This document shows positions 27,803-39,447 of a stretch of DNA of 64,000 nt, one piece after another. How positions within the stretch are numbered: the first letter of the stretch is position 1; every line of letters starts with the position of its first letter. The notes below the pieces were generated by a model, which ran no database searches, had not been told where the DNA came from, and worked only from the letters and a program-made list of their open reading frames with translations. Source of the stretch: Dehalococcoidia bacterium (GTDB lineage: Bacteria > Chloroflexota > Dehalococcoidia > UBA2979); contig CAXXDN010000002.1 of assembly GCA_963667465.2 (NCBI GenBank), forward strand, positions 1,344,001 to 1,408,000, given 5' to 3'. A program made the position numbers and the translations under genes.

Positions 27803-28465
27803 TTGGCCGAGGTCGTCATTGTCGATTACGGGGCGGGCAACCTGCGCAGCGTCGCGCGGGCGGTTCGCCACGCCGGTATCGAGCCCGTCGTCACCTCCGA
27901 CCCCGAGGCCGTGGACGCTGCCCGCGCGCTGATCCTCCCCGGCGTCGGCGCCGCCGCGGACACGATGGCCAACCTGCGCCGCACGAACCTCGTCGAGCCG
28001 CTCCGCGAGTACATCGCCGCCGACCGTCCCTTCCTCGGCGTCTGCATGGGCATGCAGGCGCTCTTCGACATTTCCGAGGAGGGCGGCGAGCATGAGTGCC
28101 TCGGCGTGCTGCCAGGGCGCATCGTGCGCTTCCCCGGAGGGCTGACCGTCCCGCACATGGGCTGGAACACCTTGCGCTTCACGCGCCCGCACCCGGTCCT
28201 CGAGGGCGTCGACGACGGCGCGTACGCCTACTTCGTGCATTCCTACTACCCGCGCCCTGACGATCCCGCGCTGACGATCGCCAGCACCGAGCACGGCGTG
28301 CCGTTCGCCTCGATCGTCGGGCGGGGCAACCTGATCGCGACGCAGTTCCACCCGGAGAAGTCCGGCGCGGACGGCCTGCGGCTCTACGACAACTTCCTGC
28401 GGCTCGCACTCAACGGCGGCTCGATCGCGCCCGCAGCGGCAGCCGCCAGCGGAGGGAGCGCCTGA
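27803..28465 (+). CDS. hisH: Imidazole glycerol phosphate synthase, glutaminase subunit
   Basis: DYGAGNL, PGVG, GVCMGMQ, PHMGWN, QFHPEKS. Confidence 0.96.
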   Translation: MAEVVIVDYGAGNLRSVARAVRHAGIEPVVTSDPEAVDAARALILPGVGAAADTMANLRRTNLVEPLREYIAADRPFLGVCMGMQALFDISEEGGEHECLGVLPGRIVRFPGGLTVPHMGWNTLRFTRPHPVLEGVDDGAYAYFVHSYYPRPDDPALTIASTEHGVPFASIVGRGNLIATQFHPEKSGADGLRLYDNFLRLALNGGSIAPAAAAASGGSA

Positions 28466-29175
28466 TGGAGGTGATCCCGGCCATCGACATCCGCGGCGGG
28501 CAGTGCGTTCGCCTCAGCCAGGGCGACTACGAACGCGAGACGGTATTCGACGACGACCCGGTCGCCGTCGCCGTGCGCTGGGCCGCCCTCGGCGCGCGAC
28601 GCATCCACATCGTGGACCTTGATGGCGCGCGCGCGGGGCAGCAGGTCAACGCGACGCTGGTGCGGCGCATCATCCACACTGTCGGCGCGGCCGTGCAGAC
28701 CGGCGGCGGCCTCCGTGACATCGAGACTGTGCGCGCCGCCCTCGATGGCGGCGTAAACCGCGTGGTGCTCGGCACCGCTGCCGTCCGCGACCCGGACCTG
28801 CTGCGCGAGGCCGTCGCCGTCGCCCGTGACCGGCTTATCGTCTCCGTCGATGCGCGCAACGGCGTCGTGCAGACGCAGGGCTGGACCGAGGGCAGCGATG
28901 TGAACGCGACCGCGTTCATCCGCCAGCTCGCCTCGATCGGTGTCGAGCGCATCGTCTATACCGACATCGACCGCGACGGCGTGCGCGGCGCACCAAACTT
29001 CGAGATGTACGAGGCGATGGTCTCGGAAACCTCGATCGCGGTCATCGCCGCCGGCGGCGTGAGCACGCTCGACGACCTGCGGCGGCTCTCCGACTGCGGC
29101 GTCGAGGCGGCGATCGTCGGGCGCGCCCTGTACACCGGCGAGGTGTCGCTCCCCGAGGCGCTGGCCGTCGCATGA
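28465..29175 (+). CDS. hisA: ProFAR isomerase
   Basis: PAIDIRGGQCVRL, HIVDLDGA, TDIDRDG. Confidence 0.96.
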   Translation: MEVIPAIDIRGGQCVRLSQGDYERETVFDDDPVAVAVRWAALGARRIHIVDLDGARAGQQVNATLVRRIIHTVGAAVQTGGGLRDIETVRAALDGGVNRVVLGTAAVRDPDLLREAVAVARDRLIVSVDARNGVVQTQGWTEGSDVNATAFIRQLASIGVERIVYTDIDRDGVRGAPNFEMYEAMVSETSIAVIAAGGVSTLDDLRRLSDCGVEAAIVGRALYTGEVSLPEALAVA

Positions 29176-29214
29176 GGCCGCCGGGGCGCGCGCCGGGGAC
29201 GGGGCGCTGAGCCG

Positions 29215-30033
29215 ATGCTGACGAAGCGCATCATCCCCTGCTTCGACGTCGATCGCGGGCGCGTGGTGAAGGGGATCTCCTTCGTCGAGCTGCGCGACGC
29301 CGGCGACCCGGTCGAGCTGGCCGCCTCGTACGAACAGGCGGGCGCCGACGAGTTGGTCTTCCTCGACATCACCGCCTCCTCGGACAACCGGCCGAGCGTC
29401 TACCAGATGGTGGCGCGCACCGCGGACCAGGTCTTCGTGCCGTTCACCGTGGGCGGCGGAATCCGCTCGACCGAGGACGTGCGCATGATGCTCGAGATGG
29501 GAGCCGACAAGGTCTCGCTCAACACCGCCGCCGTCGAGCGGCCCGCGCTGATCGGCGAGGGCGCGCACGGCTTCGGCTCGCAATGCATCGTCGTCGCTCT
29601 CGACGCCAAGCGCCGCGAGGCGGACAACCCGGACGCTGGCTGGGAGGTCTACACCCACGGCGGCCGCACCCCCACCGGCATCGACGCGCTCGGCTGGGCC
29701 CGCGAGGCGGTCGAACGCGGCTCCGGTGAGCTGCTGGTCACCTCGATGGACAAGGACGGCCACCAGACCGGCTACGACCTGGAGCTGCTGCGCGCAATCA
29801 GCGACTCGGTCGAGGTGCCGGTGATCGCCTCGGGCGGCGCGGGCACACCGGAGCACCTCTACGAGGCGCTCACCGAGGGCGGCGCGGAGGCCGTGCTCGC
29901 CGCCTCCATCTTTCACTTCGGCACGTACGACATCGCCGACCTCAAGCGCTACCTCTCGGACCGCGGCATCCCGATGCGGCCCGTAGCGGACGCGGATGCC
30001 GAGGGCGGCCCGGACGAGGGAGACGGAGCGTGA
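29215..30033 (+). CDS. hisF: Imidazole glycerol phosphate synthase, cyclase subunit
   Basis: [33 protein letters not shown]. Confidence 0.97.
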   Translation: MLTKRIIPCFDVDRGRVVKGISFVELRDAGDPVELAASYEQAGADELVFLDITASSDNRPSVYQMVARTADQVFVPFTVGGGIRSTEDVRMMLEMGADKVSLNTAAVERPALIGEGAHGFGSQCIVVALDAKRREADNPDAGWEVYTHGGRTPTGIDALGWAREAVERGSGELLVTSMDKDGHQTGYDLELLRAISDSVEVPVIASGGAGTPEHLYEALTEGGAEAVLAASIFHFGTYDIADLKRYLSDRGIPMRPVADADAEGGPDEGDGA

Positions 30034-30386
30034 TTGACCCTTCCGAGGTTCGCTACGACGCGCAGGGACTGATCCCCGCGATCCTCCAGGACCACCTCAG
30101 CCACGAGGTAGTGATGCTCGGCTACATGAATGCCGAGTCGTTGCGCCAGACACTCGAGCTCGGCCAGGCCGTGTTCTGGTCGCGCAGCCGCCAGGAGCTG
30201 TGGCACAAGGGCGCGACCTCCGGCGACTACGTGCGCGTCCACGAGATCCGCACCGACTGCGACTCAGATGCGCTCGTCCTGCAGGTGGAGCTGCTCGGCG
30301 GCGCCGTCTGCCACACCGGCGCGCACTCCTGCTTCGTCGAGCCGGAAGGCGCAGCGCCACGCCTCGTCGGCTCGCCGTCCGCCTGA
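30030..30386 (+). CDS. hisI: Phosphoribosyl-AMP cyclohydrolase (monofunctional)
   Basis: [30 protein letters not shown]. Confidence 0.95.
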   Translation: MIDPSEVRYDAQGLIPAILQDHLSHEVVMLGYMNAESLRQTLELGQAVFWSRSRQELWHKGATSGDYVRVHEIRTDCDSDALVLQVELLGGAVCHTGAHSCFVEPEGAAPRLVGSPSA

Positions 30387-30399
30387 CGCGCCTCCGCCG

Positions 30400-31091
30400 G
30401 TGAGCGCCCCGCCCTTCTCCGTTTCGCTCGTCATCTTCGACATCGACGGCACGCTCGTGGACTTCAGCCGCGCGATCGACGGAGGCCTCGAGGTCGTCGC
30501 GCAGGAGGTCTCCCGGCGCGCCGGCGGCGTCGAGGTGGATCCGCGGCGGCTGCAGGCCTTGCGCAACGAGGTGGCGCGCGACCCGGCGTGGCGCGGCCGC
30601 CAACTGGTGGCGATCCGGCGTGAGTCGTTCCGGCGCATCCTCGAGGCCTTCGCGATCGAGGAGCCGTGGGCGCTCGACGAGTTGCACGACCGCTACTACA
30701 GCGCGCGCGACGAGGCGACGGCCGTGTTCCCGGACGCGGAGCCCGTGCTCGCCGGGCTGCACGCCCGCGGATTGCCGCTCGTGGCTGCCTCCAACGGCAA
30801 CGTATCCCTCGCCTCGATGGGCCTCGACGGCTACTTCGCCGCCAGGCACTACGCCGAGGAGGTCGGCATCTCGAAGCCGGACCCGGCCTTCTTCGCCAGC
30901 GCAGTGGAGCGGGCGGGCGGCCGTCCGGAGACGACGCTCGCGATCGGCGATCGCCTGGACAACGACTACCACCGGCGCGCGCCGCCGGCCTGCATTCCGT
31001 GCTGCTCGACCGCGCCGACCGTGTCGAGGACGCCTCGATCCTGCGGGTGCGATCGCTGGCCGAGCTGCCCGGACTGCTTGCGGAAGATTAG
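30400..31091 (+). CDS. HAD-family hydrolase, with a frameshift near 30972
   Basis: FDIDGTL, SNGN, KPDP, IGDRLDND; the C-terminus ARAAGLHSVLLDR continues in another frame. Confidence 0.8.
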
Positions 31092-32014
31092 CGGGGCGCG
31101 CCCTCCGGCGTCGCGCCTTCCTGCTCGAGCACCGCCGCCAGCGAGGCGACCGCCACCTGGATCTGCGCATCGTCGGGCGGGCGTGTGGTGAGGTGCTGGA
31201 GCGCGATGTTGGCGGAGAACAGCGCCTGCACGAGCGGCCGGTCGAGGCGGTTGCCGGCGAAACGGATCGCCTCGTAGGCGACCCCGGCGATCAGCGGCAC
31301 CAGCGCCAGCCGCGAGGCGAAGCGCCACCAGAGCGGCTCCGCGCCCACGAGGATGAAGGCGAGCGCGGCGATCACGGCGACGGTCAGCAGGAACGAGGTG
31401 CCGCAGCGCGGGTGCTCCTTGGGGAAGCGCCGGATCGCCTGCACGGTCAGCTCGCGGCCATGCTCGAAGGCGCTGATCGTCATGTGCTCTGCAGCGTGGT
31501 ACTGGAAGACTCGCGCGACCTCCTGCGAGCGTCCGATCAGCCAGATGTAGCCGATCAGCAGCCCGATCCGCAGCACGCCCTCGAAGGCGATCACCAACGG
31601 CGAGGGGAAGCGGCGCTCCAGCCACGCCGTCGCCGCCACCGGCCCGGCGAAGAAGACGGCGAGCGCGATCAGCAGCATCAGCGCGAGGAACACCCAGCCC
31701 GCGACGCCGAGCGGCTTCGCCTCCCCGTGCTCGTCCACCTCGTCGTTCGCGACGGCCGAGGACCAGGTGAGTGCGGAGATGCCGAGCGCGAGCGTCTCCC
31801 AGAGCACCAGCACGCCGCGCAGCAGCGGGACGCGCCGCAACCGGGCGCTGTAGAGGCCGCCGAGCAATTTGCTGCGGACGGCGATCTCGCCGTCCGGCTT
31901 GCGCACCGCCGTCGCGACGGCGCGCGGTCCGCGGATCATGACGCCCTCGACGACGGCCTGGCCGCCGTAGTTCGCTCTCGCCCTGATCGCCGGACCCGTG
32001 CTCGCTGTGCTCAC
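31088..32014 (-). CDS. DUF1385 family membrane protein
   Basis: YGGQAVVEGVMIRG, FQYHAAEH, HPRCGTSF, LTTRPPD. Confidence 0.9.
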   Translation of the reverse strand: MSTASTGPAIRARANYGGQAVVEGVMIRGPRAVATAVRKPDGEIAVRSKLLGGLYSARLRRVPLLRGVLVLWETLALGISALTWSSAVANDEVDEHGEAKPLGVAGWVFLALMLLIALAVFFAGPVAATAWLERRFPSPLVIAFEGVLRIGLLIGYIWLIGRSQEVARVFQYHAAEHMTISAFEHGRELTVQAIRRFPKEHPRCGTSFLLTVAVIAALAFILVGAEPLWWRFASRLALVPLIAGVAYEAIRFAGNRLDRPLVQALFSANIALQHLTTRPPDDAQIQVAVASLAAVLEQEGATPEGAPR

Positions 32015-32042
32015 ACACTCAGCCTACGACGCGACGGCGGAA

Positions 32043-32060
32043 GCGTCCGCAGGCGGACGC
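32043..32060 (-). terminator. Hairpin downstream of rpmE
   Basis: GCGTCCGC-AG-GCGGACGC inverted repeat. Confidence 0.4.
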
Positions 32061-32071
32061 GACGAGGGAGT

Positions 32072-32111
32072 GCCAGGGTCTTGCAGGGAAGGCCAGGGTC
32101 TTGCAGGGAAG
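32072..32111. repeat. Perfect 20-bp tandem duplication
   Basis: GCCAGGGTCTTGCAGGGAAG x2. Confidence 0.9.
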
Positions 32112-32127
32112 GGAAGTGCGCCGCGCG

Positions 32128-32382
32128 CTATTCGCTCTCTTGCAGGCGGGCGTAGCGGCGGCGGAAGCGCTCGACCTGGCCGGCGGTGTCGACGATGCGC
32201 TGCTCGCCCGTGAAGAACGGGTGCGAGCTGGCGCTGATGTCGACGCGCACGATGTACGCCTCGACGCCGTTGACCTCGCGGCGCTCCTCGGAGGTCATCG
32301 TGGAGCGCGTCAGGTACTCCTCGCCGGTGGAGATGTCGACGAAGCAGACGTAGTCGTAGTCGGGGTGGATGCTGTCCTTCAT
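32128..32382 (-). CDS. rpmE: 50S ribosomal protein L31, type B (zinc-free)
   Basis: MKDSIHPDY...DISASSHPFFTG...DTAGQVERFRRRY; no CxxC pairs. Confidence 0.92.
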   Translation of the reverse strand: MKDSIHPDYDYVCFVDISTGEEYLTRSTMTSEERREVNGVEAYIVRVDISASSHPFFTGEQRIVDTAGQVERFRRRYARLQESE

Positions 32383-32389
32383 CCGGGCG

Positions 32390-32659
32390 CTACCCTCCGG
32401 CCGCCACGGGCTGGATCGAGACCTGCTTGCGCCGCCCCTTGGCGTAGGGGCTGAACTTGACCTTGCCGTCCACCTTCGCCCAGAGCGTGTGATCGCGGCC
32501 AATCCCGACGTGCGGGCCGGCGTGGATGCGCGTCCCGCGCTGGCGCACGAGGATCGAACCCGCGGTCACGAACTGGCCGTCGAAGCGCTTCACGCCCAAC
32601 CGCTGTGCGTTGGAGTCGCGGCCGTTACGGCTGGATCCCCCGGACTTCTTGTGAGCCAT
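32390..32659 (-). CDS. rpmA: 50S ribosomal protein L27
   Basis: [24 protein letters not shown]. Confidence 0.97.
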   Translation of the reverse strand: MAHKKSGGSSRNGRDSNAQRLGVKRFDGQFVTAGSILVRQRGTRIHAGPHVGIGRDHTLWAKVDGKVKFSPYAKGRRKQVSIQPVAAGG

Positions 32660-32679
32660 CGCCTCGACCCCGCTTCCCG

Positions 32680-32997
32680 CTACGCCCCGGCGCTGATGCC
32701 GGTGATCGTGATGCGCGTGCGCTGCTGGCGATGCCCGCGCAGCACGCGACGGCGTGTCTTGTTCTTGTACTTGAAGACCAGCACCTTCTTGTCGCGCGTG
32801 TGCTCGTCGATGCGCGCAGCCACCGAGGCGCCCTCGACGGTCGGGTCGCCAACCGTCACGTCGTCACCGTCGGAGACGAGCAGCACGTCGAACTCGACCT
32901 CGGCGCCCTCGGGCACCTCGAGCCGCTCGACGGCGAGCTGGTCGCCTTCGCTCACGCGGTACTGCTTCCCGCCGGTGCGGATGATTGCGTAGGAGAT
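32680..32997 (-). CDS. rplU: 50S ribosomal protein L21, apparent ATC start codon
   Basis: [15 protein letters not shown]-terminus, FKYK..GHRQ; no ATG/GTG/TTG in frame between the upstream TAG and the conserved N-terminus. Confidence 0.92.
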   Translation of the reverse strand: MSYAIIRTGGKQYRVSEGDQLAVERLEVPEGAEVEFDVLLVSDGDDVTVGDPTVEGASVAARIDEHTRDKKVLVFKYKNKTRRRVLRGHRQQRTRITITGISAGA

Positions 32998-33069
32998 GGC
33001 GTCGTACTCCGCTGGTCGATGCTCGTGGTGCGCCGCTGGCGTGTAGTGATCGCAGGGGCGACCGTTACG

Positions 33070-33099
33070 ATCCTAGGCAGGCCGGGCGCGGAGCGTCAA
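33070..33099 (-). promoter_or_regulatory. sigma70-type promoter of rplU-rpmA-rpmE
   Basis: TTGACG-18 nt-TAGGAT on the minus strand. Confidence 0.65.
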
Positions 33100-33138
33100 T
33101 GAAGGCGCGCCGCCGGATGCCTCAAGCGGAGGTTCGCG

Positions 33139-33867
33139 GTGGAGTTTGTCGACGTCATCACCGCGCCGTACGACGCCCTCAACTGGGTCGCGGACCAGAT
33201 GTTCCTGATTGCGAACGACCTGTTCGACCGCTTCGGCGCGCCGGTCGTTTTCGCCTCGGCGCTGATCGAGGCGACGGTCGGTCTGGGCCTAATCTACCCC
33301 GGCGTGATCATGATGTTCCTCGGAGGCGCCTTCGCCGATGACCAGGGAACGCCGATCGGCATGATCTTCGCGCTCGCGTTCTTCGGCACGATCCTCGGAG
33401 ACACGCTGTCCTACGCGCTCGGGCGCTGGGGCGGAAGCCGGCTCGAGCGCACCCGCTTCGGCCCTCACTTGCGGATCGGGAAGATGATCGTCGGCGGCAA
33501 GACGCTGTGGCTGATCCCCTTCTATCACCTCAACAGCTGGACGCGGACGCTGGGGCCGTTCGGGGCGGGCGCGATTCGCATGCCCCTGCGCCTCTGGATG
33601 CCGCTCGACTTCCTCGGCGCGGTCATCGCCAACTCGGCCTGGGTCGGCGCCGGCTGGATTCTCGGGCAGGCCGTGCTCACGCCCGAGGGCAAGCTCGATG
33701 AGCACCCCGCGCTGCGCATCGGCCTCGGCCTCGGCGCCGCGATCTGGTTCGTCCTCGCCCAGCGCGAGTTCCTCAAGAGCTACCGCAAGGCGATGCGCGA
33801 AGAGCAGCAGTCGAAGGAGGCCGCCGAGACCACGCTGGCCGCCGCGGAGCCGTCCTCGGAAGCGTGA
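33139..33867 (+). CDS. DedA family membrane protein
   Basis: LIEATVGLGLIYPG, GTILGDTLSYALGRWGG, PFGAGAIRM. Confidence 0.85.
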   Translation: MEFVDVITAPYDALNWVADQMFLIANDLFDRFGAPVVFASALIEATVGLGLIYPGVIMMFLGGAFADDQGTPIGMIFALAFFGTILGDTLSYALGRWGGSRLERTRFGPHLRIGKMIVGGKTLWLIPFYHLNSWTRTLGPFGAGAIRMPLRLWMPLDFLGAVIANSAWVGAGWILGQAVLTPEGKLDEHPALRIGLGLGAAIWFVLAQREFLKSYRKAMREEQQSKEAAETTLAAAEPSSEA

Positions 33868-33977
33868 CGGCGCGCGGGCGCCTCGCCGGGCCTCGAGGTC
33901 GCGCGCCTCGAGGACAAGATCGCTCTCGCGCTGCGTGCGGGCGACAGCAGGTCCGGAGTGCTCCGGGCGGGCGGCGG

Positions 33978-35948
<1,971 letters not shown>

Positions 35949-36258
35949 CGGTCCGGGACGCTCCTCGCGCTCAGGCTGGGCCGCCCGGAGGGGCTCGCAG
36001 GACTCGCCCGCGTGAGCGCCTGATCCAGTGTATCACCGGGCCCGCTTCGCGCCCGGCGCTGCACCCGGTACGCCTCGGCGCCAGCCGTGCACGAAACGCA
36101 CGGAACCTCACGACCCGCCGCCGCTGATGCAGCCCGAGCGCTTCCTCTTGCCGCCATCCCGGCGCACTCCGCCGGCGCGGTTCACAACCATCTGTAATGC
36201 CGCTCCCGGAATGCCGCCCTGCCGCCGGCAGCCAGCGGACGGCTTTCGGGAGGGTGCA

Positions 36259-37129
36259 ATGAGCGAGCAAGCGACGGCAGAACGATACGCCGACCTCGGA
36301 CTCTCGGTCGGGACACCCGACACCAAGTCGGTGGGGCCGATCGCGTTCGGGCCGGACGGCATCCTCTTCGTGGCGGACAACGCGAGCACCCCGATCGTGG
36401 AGTTCTCGCTCGGCTTCGGGCCCGCCGGTCCCGCGCCCGCCTCCCAGGCGTTCGCAACCTCGACGCGCGCCTGCCTCGCGCCTCGGCTGCGCGAGCGAGG
36501 ACGTCTCGATCCGCGACATGGCCGTCTGCCCGTTGACGAAAGAGGTCTACCTGTCCGTGATGCGCGGCAACGGGTCAGGCGCCATCCCGGTGATCGCCCG
36601 CGTCGAGGCTGACGGCCAGGTGGTCGACGTCCCCCTCGAAGGCGTCCCGTTTGCCTGCACGACCATCGAGGACGCTCCAGACACCGGCGACGAGCGGACC
36701 GGCGTCCAGGTGCTGCCTGACGACAGCGCGGACGGCGAACAGATCGAGACGGGACCGGGCGTGACCCTGCGCATCGCGCGTGGGGGGCTGCGCACCGTGA
36801 CCGTCACGGACCTGGACTAGGTGGACGGCACGCTGCTCGTCGCGGGCGCGTCGAACGAGGAGTTCTCCTCGACGCTGCTCCAGCACTCCCTCGAGGTCAG
36901 CGACGACGCCGGCCACCCGGTCCGAGGGCGTCCCGGCAGCGGGCCCGACGAGCGCTCGTGGACCTTCACCCCCGCCGCGCCGTGGGCGGCCGGCAAGTAC
37001 CGCCTCGCGATCGACCCGCGGATCGAGGACCTCGCCGGCAACTCGCTCGCCCGCGTCTTCGACCGCGACCGCGAGCGCGACGAGGCGCCCCCGGATCCCG
37101 CGGGCACGTCGATCTCCTTCGTGCTGTAG
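36259..37129 (+). pseudogene. Degraded or fused remnant: N-terminal part of a conserved hypothetical (propeller-like) protein joined to an Ig-like C-terminal fragment
   Basis: GPIAFGPDGILFVAD; frameshifts at about 36440-36480; in-frame TAG at 36818 (DLD*VDGTLLVAG); abrupt switch to WTFTPAAPW...EDLAGN. Confidence 0.6.
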
Positions 37130-37303
37130 ACGCGGTGTCGCATATTTGGTACCGTCCGGAGGTCGAGTCCTCCCCCGCGCCGGCGAAGTCGTCGAACGCG
37201 CTCGATGCGACTCTGCGACAGCAGCCAAGCGCCCACTGCTCGGAAGTCTGTCGGAGCCGCGACGAATCGCAGGTGAAGCGCGATAGGAGAGGAATCTCGA
37301 ACT

Positions 37304-37678
37304 GTGAAACACCAGGTCTCGTTCTACGAGACCGAGGGTGGGAAGCAGCCGGTACGCGTCTATCTGGATCGAGTGGGCCGATCGGGACGGGCGCAGGAAC
37401 TGGCAGGCATCTTGCGGCATATCGATCTCCTAGTCGCATTCGGTGCTGACCTTTCCGCGCTCGGCAAGTCCGCTCGGAAGGTAGTCGGCACTCGGGGTCT
37501 CCTGGAACTAAGGGCAGGTGCCCACCGGATCGCATATGGCCACCACGCAGGCGAGTTCGTTCTCTTTCACGCGTGGAGGAAGCGGGGTTCGAAGCCATCA
37601 CGCTTGGATATCGAGCGTGCTCAGAGGGCCTCCGCCGACTGGTGCGCACGACACCCCACGGGTGGCGACGCCCAGTAG
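37304..37678 (+). CDS. Type II TA toxin, RelE/HigB (Gp49/DUF891-like)
   Basis: FYETEGGKQPV, GLLELR, HRIAY, LFHAWRK..DIERA. Confidence 0.8.
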   Translation: MKHQVSFYETEGGKQPVRVYLDRVGRSGRAQELAGILRHIDLLVAFGADLSALGKSARKVVGTRGLLELRAGAHRIAYGHHAGEFVLFHAWRKRGSKPSRLDIERAQRASADWCARHPTGGDAQ

Positions 37679-37684
37679 CAGGGA

Positions 37685-37993
37685 GTGGGGGATGTGAGCG
37701 CGGAAGACAGAACCTACGAGGCATTCCTCGAGCGTCTTCTTCGCACCGACGAGCGTGTTCGGGAGGAATACGAGAGACTCGAAGCTAGATTCGCTGTCGT
37801 CCGGGAGTTGCTGGATGCGCGGCGCCGCTCAGGGCTTACGCAGGCCGAATTGGCGATCGCGATGGGGACGAGCCGGTCAGTCGTGAGCCGCCTCGAGTCG
37901 GGTCGGCATTCACCGTCTGTCGACACTCTTGCGGCTGCGGCGAAGGCTCTTGGTTGCCGTCTCGAGATCCGCCTTCGGAGCTTGGATCCATGA
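37685..37993 (+). CDS. XRE-family HTH antitoxin (HigA-like)
   Basis: ARRRSGLTQAELAIAMGTSRSVVSRLESGRHSPSVDTL; directly follows the toxin. Confidence 0.85.
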   Translation: MGDVSAEDRTYEAFLERLLRTDERVREEYERLEARFAVVRELLDARRRSGLTQAELAIAMGTSRSVVSRLESGRHSPSVDTLAAAAKALGCRLEIRLRSLDP

Positions 37994-38236
37994 TCCCTGC
38001 CCAGCGCTAGCCACCACCGCTGCTGGCGCTTCCTCGAAGCCCGTTCCGGCGCCACACTCCCCGGCCTTCCGCGGCCGGTGACTTCGGATGGCGGATCCCC
38101 GCTGGAGACGAAGTGCACTACGCGTGGGCGATAGCAGGAGCCTGGTCGCAGCAGTGGTCGGAGCTGGCCACGAGGGCAAGGACCCGCTGTTCTACATGCG
38201 GGACATCCCGCAGATCGCCTACCTCGCGCTGCTGAG

Positions 38237-39391
38237 CTAGCCGCGCTGGCGGCGCAGCACGCGGTAGATGTTGTTGCGCTGCACCTCGCTGGCGCCCTCG
38301 TAGATGCGGGCGACGCGGATGTCGCGGTAGAGGCGCTCGATCGGGGAGCCGCGCAGGTAGCCGACGCCGCCGTGCAGCTGGAGCGAACGGTCGACCACCC
38401 GCTGCGCCGCCTCGCTGGCGTAGACCTTGCAGATCGAGGCTTCCGCGGCCACGTCCTCGCCGGCGTCGAGCTGCAGCGCCGTGCGGTAGATCAGCGACTC
38501 CGCGGCCATCACCTCGATCGCCATGTCCGCGAAGGCGTGCTGCGTCACCTGGAAATCGCCGACCGTCTGCCCGAACAGCTCGCGCTCGTGCGCGTAGCGC
38601 CAGCCAAGCTCCAGCGCCTCCTTCGCCACGCCGAGGCACATCGCCCCAATGCCGACGCGCGATCCGTTGAGCACCGAGAGCGCGAGCCGGAAGCCCCCAT
38701 CCACCTCGCCGATGAGGCTCGCGCGCGACGTGCGCACGCCGTCGAGGATCACGTGCGCAGTCGATGAGGCGCGCAGCCCCATCTTGTCCTCGAGGCGCGC
38801 GACCTCGAGGCCCGGCGAGCCGCCCTCGACTGCGAACAGCGAGATGCCCTCGCGCCCGCGCTCCGGCGCGGTCTTCGCAAAGACGAGGTAGACGCCGGCG
38901 CGGTCGCCGTTGGTGACGTAGGCCTTCTCGCCATCGAGGACGTAGTCGTCGCCGTCGGCGCGCGCGGTCGTGCGCAGCGCCGGCACGTCGCTGCCGCCGC
39001 CGGGCTCGGTCAGGCAGAACGAGCCGACGACCTCGCCGCTGACGAGTCCGTGCAGCCAGCGATCGCGCTGCCCGTCGCTACCGAAGCGCTCGATCAGCGG
39101 GGCCGCGAGGCCGGTCGAGGCGGCGAGCACGAGCGCCGTCGAGACGTGGGCGCGCGACAGCTCCTCGAGGGCGATCGCGAAGCCGATCTGGCCGAGCTCG
39201 GCGCCGCCCCACTCGGCGGGGAAGGGCGTGCCGAAGAAGCCAACCTCGCCCAGCAGCGCGATCACCTCGTCCGCGATGCGCTCCTCCGCCTCCATCTCTT
39301 CGACGCGCGGGCGCAGCTCGCGGTCGGCGAAGTCGCGCGCGGTGCGGCGCAGGGCGGCGATCTCGGGCGGCAGTCCGGCGTCGGCGTCCAT
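38237..39391 (-). CDS. Acyl-CoA dehydrogenase (short/branched-chain, butyryl-CoA DH-like)
   Basis: FCLTEPGGGSD, GEKAYVTNG, EDKMGLRAS, QLHGGVGY, IYEGASEVQR. Confidence 0.92.
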   Translation of the reverse strand: MDADAGLPPEIAALRRTARDFADRELRPRVEEMEAEERIADEVIALLGEVGFFGTPFPAEWGGAELGQIGFAIALEELSRAHVSTALVLAASTGLAAPLIERFGSDGQRDRWLHGLVSGEVVGSFCLTEPGGGSDVPALRTTARADGDDYVLDGEKAYVTNGDRAGVYLVFAKTAPERGREGISLFAVEGGSPGLEVARLEDKMGLRASSTAHVILDGVRTSRASLIGEVDGGFRLALSVLNGSRVGIGAMCLGVAKEALELGWRYAHERELFGQTVGDFQVTQHAFADMAIEVMAAESLIYRTALQLDAGEDVAAEASICKVYASEAAQRVVDRSLQLHGGVGYLRGSPIERLYRDIRVARIYEGASEVQRNNIYRVLRRQRG

Positions 39392-39447
39392 CGAGGTTCC
39401 TCGCTGCCTTCGGCGGCTCGGTGCGGCTCGGTGCGGCTCGGCGGGCC

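Noticed and set aside
36000-38240. Prophage or integrative element around the TA pair
   Set aside because: No integrase, transposase, att repeats or phage structural genes are visible.
39413-39441. GCGGCTCGGT repeated about three times between SDR and acyl-CoA dehydrogenase
   Set aside because: Short GC-rich microrepeat without spacers; not CRISPR, and no evidence of function.
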